Of a stretch of 64,000 nt of DNA, positions 57,143 to 64,000 are shown in pieces. A model generated the notes under the pieces. The model was not told the DNA's origin. It did not search any database and was given only the letters and a program-made list of their open reading frames with translations. Position numbers and translations under genes: made by a program. How positions within the stretch are numbered: position 1 is the stretch's first letter; every line of letters starts with the position of its first letter. The DNA is taken from positions 375,211 through 439,210 of the forward strand of contig JBAPNX010000024.1 in assembly GCA_049279335.1 (NCBI GenBank). Direction: 5' to 3'. Source of the stretch: Candidatus Dormiibacterota bacterium. Lineage in GTDB: Bacteria; Chloroflexota; Dormibacteria; Aeolococcales; Bog-877.

Positions 57143-58042
57143 ATGGATCTCAGCGCTCAGGTGACTAGGGCTGGCGACGGCCGGACCCTCGTGTTTGCCG
57201 AGTGGGGCGACCCCGAGGGCCAGCCCATCTTCCACCTCCACGGCACCCCCAGTTGCCGGCTGAACCGTCACCCCAACCAGGCGCTGGTGCGGTCAACCGG
57301 AGTCCGGCTCATCACCTATGACCGTGCCGGCTATGGCGGCTCAGATCGCCATCACGGCCGCGAGGTGGCGGACTGCGTCGCAGATGTCGCGGCCATCGCC
57401 GATGCTCTCGGCCTCGAGCGTTTCGCGGTGTCAGGAACCTCGGGTGGAGGCCCGCACGCCTTGGCGGTCGCCGCTCTGCTGGGGGATCGGGTGGCCCGCG
57501 CCGCATGTGTGGTAGGAGTTGCGCCCTTCGAAGCCTTGGGCGATGACTGGTTCATCGGCATGGATCCGGAGAACGTCAAGGAGTTTGGCTGGGCTCTCCA
57601 GGGCGAGGACCGGCTCCAGGTCGAGCTCGAGCGGGAGGACCACATCCGCCAACAGCGGGCTCTGGGCGACTCTTCAGACATCCTTGCGGAGTTCCAGCTG
57701 CCCCCCTCAGACCGGGCGGTCCTGGCTCGGGAGGACCTTCTCCAAGTTCGTCGAGAGACCACTTTAGAGTCCACCCGCAATGGCGTTGGGGGCTGGGTTG
57801 ATGACGACATCGCCTTCACCAAACCCTGGGGTTTTGACCCGGAGTCCATCAGGGTGCCAACCCTGGTCTGGTACGGCACGGCCGATGTCATGGTTCCTCC
57901 ACGCCACGGGGAATGGCTGGCGCACACCATCCCAGGTGCGGTCGCGAGACCGGACCAACTGGGGCACATGGGCGACCCCGACGCCGACCTGGTGGAGCGC
58001 TTCGCCTGGCTGGTCGGTGCCTCCGGGGCTGCCGCTAGCTAG
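57143..58042 (+). CDS. Alpha/beta-fold hydrolase (proline iminopeptidase-like)
   Basis: HLHGTPSCRL (HG motif) and VSGTSGGGPHA nucleophile elbow. 299 aa. Confidence 0.75.
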   Translation: MDLSAQVTRAGDGRTLVFAEWGDPEGQPIFHLHGTPSCRLNRHPNQALVRSTGVRLITYDRAGYGGSDRHHGREVADCVADVAAIADALGLERFAVSGTSGGGPHALAVAALLGDRVARAACVVGVAPFEALGDDWFIGMDPENVKEFGWALQGEDRLQVELEREDHIRQQRALGDSSDILAEFQLPPSDRAVLAREDLLQVRRETTLESTRNGVGGWVDDDIAFTKPWGFDPESIRVPTLVWYGTADVMVPPRHGEWLAHTIPGAVARPDQLGHMGDPDADLVERFAWLVGASGAAAS

Positions 58043-58158
58043 AAGCCGACGCCCGTACCCCAACCGGCCGCGCCGCGCATCGTTCGTCGGCGCGCCTGAG
58101 TGCGGCCGGACCGCGACGGTTAACATTCGGAGCGCGTCGGGCTCTGAAGGAGGCGCCG

Positions 58159-61100
58159 GTGGTCTGCTCGAACTGCAGGGCGGAGACGATCCCAGGCAGC
58201 AAGTTCTGTGGCGAATGCGGGGCGGCGGTCGCCCAGGTCTGTGCCGCGTGCGGCTTCGCCAACGGTGGGACTGAGAAGTTTTGCCGCGATTGTGGTGCGG
58301 CGCTGAGATCGGCCGCCCACGGCGCAGCTTCAGCGGCACCGCTCGCTTCGCCACCGCCAGATCCCATCAACACGGTCGAGTTGCGGGTCGTGTCGGTCTT
58401 GTTTGCGGACCTGGTGGGATTCACCGCGCTATCGGAGTCGCGAGACCCCGAGGAAGTTCGCGATCTGCTCAGCCGCTACTTCGATGTCTGTCGGGAGTTG
58501 GTGGAGCGCTACGGCGGAACAGTGGAGAAATTCATCGGGGACGCGGTCATGGCGGTCTGGGGCGCGCCGGTGGCCCAGGAGGACGACGCTGAGCGGGCGG
58601 TCCGGGCCGCGCTGGATCTGGTGGAGGCGGTCGGCGCCCTGGGAGAGGAGGTCAGGGCTCCCGAGCTAGCAGCGCGGGCCGGCGTTCTCAGCGGTACAGC
58701 GGCGGTCAACCTCGGAGCCAAGGGCCAGGGGATGGTGGCAGGCGATCTCGTGAACACCGCGTCCCGGATCCAGACCCAGAGCCAGCCCGGGTCGGTGCTG
58801 GTCGGGGAGACAACCAAACGAGCCACCGAGGCGGCCGTGGCTTATGAGGATGCCGGCACCTATGAGCTCAAGGGCAAGGCTGAGCCGGTCCCGCTCTACC
58901 GGGCGCTTCGTGTCGTTGCCGGACGGGGCGGCCTGCTCAAGTCCGAGCGCCTGGAGGCGCCGTTCGTGGGCCGGGATCGCGAGCTGCGGCTGGTCAAGGA
59001 GGTCTTCCACGCCAGTACCGAGGACAGGCGGGCCCACCTGGTGCAGATAACCGGGATCGCCGGAATCGGCAAGTCCCGCCTGGCCTGGGAGTTCTTCAAG
59101 TACATGGACGGTCTGCGGACGGGCTACTTCTGGCACCGCGGCCGCTGCCTGGCCTATGGCCAGGGCGTGACGTATTTCGCCCTGGCGGAGATGGTGCGGG
59201 GCCGAGCTGGCATTCTCGAGGCTGAAAACCGCGATTCAGCCATCGCCAAGCTCCAGGCTGCGGTTGATGAGTATGTCCCCGACGCCGAGGACCGCCGCTT
59301 CGTCCTTCCGCGCCTCGCCCACCTGATCGGCCTGGAGGAGCGAACCGCAACCGACAAGCAGGACCTCTTCGCCGCCTGGCGACTCTTCTTCGAGCGCCTG
59401 GCCGAGGAGAGCCCGGTGCTGATGGTCTTCGAGGACATGCAGTGGGCCGACCCCTCGCTCTTGGAATTCATCGCATATCTGATGGAGTGGTCCCGGGCCT
59501 ACCCCCTCTTCGTGGTGAGCCTGGTCCGTCCCGACGTCGCCGCCACCGCACTGGCGGCAGCGACCCGCAACGCCACCTCGGTCCACCTCGAGCCACTCAC
59601 GGCCGGCGCCATGGACAAGCTCCTCACCGGCTTGGTCCCGGGGCTGCCCCCGGCGCTGGCCGAGCGCATCCGGGGAAGAGCGGAGGGCATTCCCCTATAC
59701 GCGGTGGAGACGGTGAGGATGCTGCTGGACCGGGGGCTGTTGGTCGAGGAAGGCTCGGCTTACCGGCCCACCGGCCAGATCGATACCCTCGAAGTTCCAG
59801 AGACCCTCCAGGCCCTGATCGCGGCACGCCTGGACGGGATGTCGCAAGAGGAGCGACAGCTGGCCCAGGATGCCTCGGTGCTGGGCAAGACCTTCACCCT
59901 TCAGGGCCTGGCGGCGCTCTCCGGGCACAGTGAGAGCGCGCTTCAGCCCATCCTCAGCGCTCTGGTGGCCAAGGAGGTCCTCTCAGTCCAGGCCGACCCC
60001 CGCTCCCCCGAGCGCGGTCAGTACGGCTTCCTGCAGGACTTGGTACGAACCGTCGCGTACGAGACCCTCTCCAAGAGGGAGCGTCGGTCCAAGCACCTCG
60101 CAGTCGCCACCTACCTGGAGCGGTCCTGGAGCGCGGACGCCGAGGAGATTGTCGAAGTCCTCGCCTCCCACTACCTCGAAGCCTGGCGCCTGGATCCGGA
60201 CGAACCCGGCGCTCAGGAGATCAAGAACAAGGCGCGTCAGATGCTGGTGCGGGCAGCCGAGCGGGCGGCTGCGCTGGCCGCCGCAGAGGAGGCCGAGTTC
60301 GGATTCGTCAGGGCCGCCGAGCTCAGCGAGTCTGAGCTGGAGCAGGCGGCCCTCACCGAGCGAGCCGGCGAGATGGCGGAGCTGCGAGGGCGTCCAGACG
60401 AGGCGGCCGGCCGATATGAGGAGGCCAGCCGCCTGTTTGAAACCGCGGACCAGACTCGACCAGCCGCCAGGGTCCAGGCCCGTTTAGCCGGGGCGGAATG
60501 GGTCAGCGGTCATGTGGAGCAAGCGATCGAGCGCATGCAGAAGGCTTACTCGGGGCTGGCCGGGGGCAGGGCCGACCCTGATCTCGCCCTGGTGGCGGCC
60601 CAGCTGGGCCGCATCCTCGCCCTCGGCGGGCGCTACGACGAAGCGAATCCGGTGCTGGAGGAGGGCCTCGAACTCGCGGAGCACCTCGAGCTGCGAGAGG
60701 TCTACTCCCAGGCACTGAGCAGCAAGGCGGTCAGTCTCATGCACAGCGACCGGCTGGATGAGGCAAACGTTCTGCTGAGGCGAGCCCTGGAGGTGGCTCT
60801 TGAGCACGGGCTCACAGCTGCGGCCCAGCGCGCCTACAACAACCTGGCTGTCGCGCTGGTCGCCCAGGATAGGTGGGCTGAGTCGGTCGCCATGGACGAG
60901 CCGCGTCTGGAGTTGGCCCACCGGGTCGGCGACCGCTTCTGGGAGTTGACGGTACTCACCGGCTCGCTTCGCGCCCTCATCAACCTCGGTCGCTGGGACG
61001 AGGCCGAGGCGCAGGCCGAGACCGTGCGTGGTGCGGAGGAACTGCAGTCCTTGGAGACCTGGACCGCATCTCTGCTGGCGCTGACCACGATCGATGTCCA

Positions 61101-61713
61101 CCGGGGTGACGTCGCCAAGGCCAAGCTGGCGATCGACTCGATGATGTTCGCAGGCAGATCCGAGGACTGGGAGACCAAGGGGGAGTTCGCGACGGCCATG
61201 TCCGAGGTCTGTCGCGCGGAAGATCGCCCAGCCGAAGCCTTGGCGGCGGCCGAAGAGTTTCTGGCGACCCGGGCCGAACTCGGAATCGGGCTCACCAACA
61301 GCCACGTCAAGAGGCTGTTGGTCCAGGCCGTTGAGGCTGCCCTGGATCTCGGCGACCTGGGCCACGCTGATGAGCTACTCGAGACGGTGCGGGAGGCTCA
61401 ATCGGGTCAGGTCACCCCCTGGCTCCGGGCCCAGGTGGCGAGGCTTGGGGCCAGGTTGTCCACGGCCGTTGGCCTACCCGAGTTGGTGGAGGCGGGATTC
61501 GTAACGGCTGAGGCCGGGTTCCACGATGCCGGTGCGCCTTTCGACCTCGCGGTGGCCCAGACCGAGCACGCTGAGTGGCTGGTGAGCCGCGGTCGCGAGG
61601 ACAAGGCGGGGCCCCTGCGCGATCTGGCCCGCGCCACCTTCCTGAGTTTGCAGGCCCAACCATGGCTTGAGCGCCTGGGAGCGCTCAGCAGCGAGGAGAC
61701 CGTATCCGCCTAA
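58159..61713 (+). CDS. Multidomain signalling ATPase: double zinc ribbon plus class III adenylate/guanylate cyclase plus AAA/STAND NTPase plus TPR repeats
   Basis: N-terminus CSNC...CGEC...CAAC...CRDC (zinc ribbons). Cyclase homology domain VSVLFADLVGFTALSE...FIGDAVMAVWGAP. P-loop ITGIAGIGKSRLAWEF, then about 550 aa of TPR-like helical repeats. No C-terminal LuxR HTH. Confidence 0.8.
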   Translation: MVCSNCRAETIPGSKFCGECGAAVAQVCAACGFANGGTEKFCRDCGAALRSAAHGAASAAPLASPPPDPINTVELRVVSVLFADLVGFTALSESRDPEEVRDLLSRYFDVCRELVERYGGTVEKFIGDAVMAVWGAPVAQEDDAERAVRAALDLVEAVGALGEEVRAPELAARAGVLSGTAAVNLGAKGQGMVAGDLVNTASRIQTQSQPGSVLVGETTKRATEAAVAYEDAGTYELKGKAEPVPLYRALRVVAGRGGLLKSERLEAPFVGRDRELRLVKEVFHASTEDRRAHLVQITGIAGIGKSRLAWEFFKYMDGLRTGYFWHRGRCLAYGQGVTYFALAEMVRGRAGILEAENRDSAIAKLQAAVDEYVPDAEDRRFVLPRLAHLIGLEERTATDKQDLFAAWRLFFERLAEESPVLMVFEDMQWADPSLLEFIAYLMEWSRAYPLFVVSLVRPDVAATALAAATRNATSVHLEPLTAGAMDKLLTGLVPGLPPALAERIRGRAEGIPLYAVETVRMLLDRGLLVEEGSAYRPTGQIDTLEVPETLQALIAARLDGMSQEERQLAQDASVLGKTFTLQGLAALSGHSESALQPILSALVAKEVLSVQADPRSPERGQYGFLQDLVRTVAYETLSKRERRSKHLAVATYLERSWSADAEEIVEVLASHYLEAWRLDPDEPGAQEIKNKARQMLVRAAERAAALAAAEEAEFGFVRAAELSESELEQAALTERAGEMAELRGRPDEAAGRYEEASRLFETADQTRPAARVQARLAGAEWVSGHVEQAIERMQKAYSGLAGGRADPDLALVAAQLGRILALGGRYDEANPVLEEGLELAEHLELREVYSQALSSKAVSLMHSDRLDEANVLLRRALEVALEHGLTAAAQRAYNNLAVALVAQDRWAESVAMDEPRLELAHRVGDRFWELTVLTGSLRALINLGRWDEAEAQAETVRGAEELQSLETWTASLLALTTIDVHRGDVAKAKLAIDSMMFAGRSEDWETKGEFATAMSEVCRAEDRPAEALAAAEEFLATRAELGIGLTNSHVKRLLVQAVEAALDLGDLGHADELLETVREAQSGQVTPWLRAQVARLGARLSTAVGLPELVEAGFVTAEAGFHDAGAPFDLAVAQTEHAEWLVSRGREDKAGPLRDLARATFLSLQAQPWLERLGALSSEETVSA

Positions 61714-61927
61714 TGCGCACCCCGCGACACCGGGCTGGGAAGACCCTGGCCAAACGTTCGTCGCTGAGAAAGCCATCACCATCCCTGCGTCCGCCGCTGC
61801 CGTCTGGCAGGCATTGCCACACCCGGAGACGGTGAGGCAGTACCTGCATGGAGCGAACCGGGAAACGGACTGCCCGGTCGGAGGCCCGGTCACCAGGAAG
61901 GCGGAGTGGCAGGGCCTGACAGCCTAA
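61667..61927 (+). pseudogene. Truncated SRPBCC (AHSA1/START-like) gene fragment
   Basis: TFVAEKAITIPASAAAVWQALPHPETVRQYLHGA... matches the N-terminal roughly 55 aa of SRPBCC/AHSA1 proteins, but the ORF ends after about 86 codons. A perfect hairpin follows it. Confidence 0.35.
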
Positions 61928-62072
61928 GGTCACTCCCGAGGTTGTCGGGAGTGCGAACCGACTCATCCCGCGGCATGGGCCGGCCTCTAGTTCGTCTCCG
62001 GAGGCCTGAGTTCGAATCGAAGCTGCTAGTGCGACCGGCGGTGCCGGCAGACGGCTCCCTAGAGTTTCGCCC

Positions 62073-62504
62073 GTGGCGGGCGAGCAGTTACTGGTTTCGA
62101 TCCTGATCTTCTTCGCGCTCCTGTTCATCGGTGTGGGGGTTTGGAGCATCGAGCGTCGTTCGGCCTCTGCCGCCCGACGGGCGAAGGAGTTGGCTAAGAC
62201 GGACTCCGAGCTCAGACGGCTGGAGCTACTGCTGGTACTGCTCCTCGAGATGCAGGCCCTATTCGTCAGCCAGCTCGGGCCCAGTTTCCCCAAGGCACCT
62301 AACTCGGCTGGAGCCGTGGAGCGAAGGCGCCTCCAGCGGGCCTTGTCGGCTCAACTGGCAGCGGTCGATCCCTACAGAAACAAGATGCCGAACGCCATCG
62401 CCTTGGCTGAGAGCAAGGATGTCTTGAAGTGGAGAGGGGACGACGTGGAACGGTCGATTGCCCAAGTCCTGTTTCTGCTGAGAGAGGTAGCCGAACGCCG
62501 ATGA
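62073..62504 (+). CDS. Hypothetical protein with N-terminal TM helix and coiled-coil-like region
   Basis: GTG start. LLVSILIFFALLFIGVGVW helix then charged/helical region. No motif. Confidence 0.35.
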   Translation: MAGEQLLVSILIFFALLFIGVGVWSIERRSASAARRAKELAKTDSELRRLELLLVLLLEMQALFVSQLGPSFPKAPNSAGAVERRRLQRALSAQLAAVDPYRNKMPNAIALAESKDVLKWRGDDVERSIAQVLFLLREVAERR

Positions 62505-62529
62505 CACTCGCTGCGCCGGGACAGCACCG

Positions 62530-63633
62530 GTGAGAAAGACCAGCACCAGGCTGGTTGACGGCCGGGAGCTGATCTACTTCGACGAAGACGACTCGACCAT
62601 TCGCGAGACCGTCGACCGCCGAAGTCTCTCGGCGATTCCGGCCACTTCAGAGCTGCGCTTTGACCCCCTCCTCAGCGAATGGGTCACTGTGGCCTGGCAG
62701 CGCCAGGACCGGACCCTGCTGCCGGACGCGGATGACTGCCCGCTCTGCCCCTCGACGCCGGAGCGAGCAACTGAGATCCCGGCTCATGACTACGACGTGG
62801 TGGTGTTTGAGAATCGCTTCCCAGCCTTCGCGACCCGGGAGGCAAGCCTCGGCCTCGGCGATCACGCCGGCGCTGCCGCTCTAGGCCCTGACGACCAACT
62901 CCTCGGCAGGCGCCGGGGTGCGGGACGGTGCGAGGTCCTGGTCTTCACCGCCGAGCACGGCTCCTCGTTCTCCGCCCTTACCGAGAGCAGGGTCGAAACC
63001 GTGGTCGCGGCGTGGATAGATCGAAGCGAGGCCCTGGCGGCGGTGGATGGGGTGGAGGAGGTCTTCTGCTTCGAAAACCGGGGCCGAGAGGTTGGCGTGA
63101 CCCTTACCCATCCCCACGGACAGATCTACGGCTACCCATTCATCACCCCCCGGACTCAACGGATGCTGCGGTCTGCGCGCGAGTACCGCGACACCAGGGG
63201 GCGAGACCTCCTCCCCGACATGCTCGCAGCTGAGCAAGAGGCTAAGGTTCGCGTTGTCGCCGCCACGCCCCACTGGACAGCCTTTGTGCCCAGTGCGGCC
63301 CGCTGGCCCTTCGAAGTGCACCTCTACCCCAACCGCCAGGTTCCCGACCTGGCCGCCCTGTCTGCGCGGGAGCGCCATGAGTTAGCCGGCGTCTATCTGG
63401 AAGTGCTGTCGCGGATGGAGTCTCTCGACCCTGGGCCGATGCCTTACATCGCCGCCTGGCATCAGGCTCCGGTGAGAACTGGCAGGGACCTGGCCTATCT
63501 GCATTTGGAGCTCTTCACCGTTTGGCGAGCTCCAGGGAAGCTGAAGTACCTGGCGGCATCGGAGTCGGCCATGGGTGCCTTCGTCAACGATGTCAGTCCC
63601 GAGGAAGCAGCGCGACGCCTTCGAGGTGACTGA
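62530..63633 (+). CDS. galT: Galactose-1-phosphate uridylyltransferase
   Basis: Zn-site CPLCPS...HDYDVVVFENRFPAF and the HIT-like active site HPHGQIYGYPFITP (HxHxQ). Confidence 0.85.
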   Translation: MRKTSTRLVDGRELIYFDEDDSTIRETVDRRSLSAIPATSELRFDPLLSEWVTVAWQRQDRTLLPDADDCPLCPSTPERATEIPAHDYDVVVFENRFPAFATREASLGLGDHAGAAALGPDDQLLGRRRGAGRCEVLVFTAEHGSSFSALTESRVETVVAAWIDRSEALAAVDGVEEVFCFENRGREVGVTLTHPHGQIYGYPFITPRTQRMLRSAREYRDTRGRDLLPDMLAAEQEAKVRVVAATPHWTAFVPSAARWPFEVHLYPNRQVPDLAALSARERHELAGVYLEVLSRMESLDPGPMPYIAAWHQAPVRTGRDLAYLHLELFTVWRAPGKLKYLAASESAMGAFVNDVSPEEAARRLRGD

Positions 63634-64000
63634 TCCCGCCTCCGACACTGACACCCATTCCGACTCGATAACGCGCCAGCTCGCCGCTCGCTTCGCAAGC
63701 TGGACCGGACACCCGCCGTTAGGTATCTGGTCGGCGCCAGGACGCGTCAACCTCATCGGGGAGTACCTCGACCTCAACGGAGGCCTGGTGCTGCCCTTGG
63801 CGATACCCCAGCGGGCGCGGGTGGCGCTAGCAGAAAGAGCTGATGGTCGCCTGCGCGTTCGCTCGGACCAGCGTCCGGAGGTGGTCGAATTTGAGGTCGG
63901 CGATCTCGTCCCCGGGCAGGTGTCGGGATGGGCAGGCTACCTGGCCGGGGTGCTCTGGGCCGTGCGCCAGCATGCCGGCCTTGATCGGGGCGTCGACCTC
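63626..64000 (+). CDS. galK: Galactokinase (5' part; continues beyond window end)
   Basis: WSAPGRVNLIGEYLDLNGGLVLPLAI is the GHMP galactokinase N-terminal signature. GTG start overlaps the galT stop (GTGA). Confidence 0.8.
   Translation, partial: MTDPASDTDTHSDSITRQLAARFASWTGHPPLGIWSAPGRVNLIGEYLDLNGGLVLPLAIPQRARVALAERADGRLRVRSDQRPEVVEFEVGDLVPGQVSGWAGYLAGVLWAVRQHAGLDRGVDL

Noticed and set aside
49399-58200. Looked for integrase, transposase, or a direct repeat of the tRNA-Thr 3' end to delimit a mobile element
   Set aside because: No recombinase-like ORF was found, and the only partial repeat is too short and imperfect. The island call is kept as a low-confidence finding only.
1-64000. CRISPR arrays, rRNA, IS elements, toxin-antitoxin pairs
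   Set aside because: No regularly spaced direct repeats, no rRNA-like stretches, no transposase motifs (DDE/HTH pairs), and no obvious small adjacent TA-like gene pairs were seen.

Overview
High-GC (about 70%) chromosomal window with an Actinobacteria-like gene organisation. GTG/TTG starts are frequent, and many adjacent genes are joined by 4-nt GTGA/TTGA stop-start overlaps. The content is mostly housekeeping or core-accessory genes.

Genes called, in order:
- cysS/mshC-family aminoacyl-tRNA synthetase (partial)
- glyQS
- ppdK
- an MsbA-like ABC exporter
- aldehyde dehydrogenase, FAH-family hydrolase, TetR
- an AdnA/AdnB-like two-subunit helicase-nuclease
- SCP2, an SDR epimerase, HU
- a compact SOS mutasome locus: imuA' - imuB - small W-rich ORF - ftsH paralog - DUF429 (opposite strand) - dnaE2
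- a GT2-GtrA fusion protein
- a redox/MBL/EEP cluster
- a lactonase-type lipoprotein
- an OmpR/HK two-component pair
- MTA phosphorylase and menG/ubiE
- MaoC
- a ThuA-ThuB fusion plus a second Gfo/Idh/MocA gene
- GH5
- dnaK - alpha/beta hydrolase - clpB
- tRNA-Thr(CGU)
- a run of small membrane and accessory genes: ICMT-like, ASCH, DUF998, YggT, MarR, DUF4232 lipoprotein, superinfection-immunity-like
- a 1184-aa zinc-ribbon/adenylate-cyclase/AAA/TPR signalling protein
- a truncated SRPBCC fragment
- galT-galK

No CRISPR array, transposase, or integrase was seen.

The most interesting region is 19.8-28.4 kb. It is the mutasome locus (imuA'-imuB-dnaE2) plus an embedded FtsH protease and a DUF429 RNase-H-like gene. 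The imuA'-imuB arm and dnaE2 are each preceded by a Cheo-type CGAAC-N4-GTTCG SOS box; ftsH is a co-directional downstream candidate and the divergent DUF429 is a candidate target of the same box.
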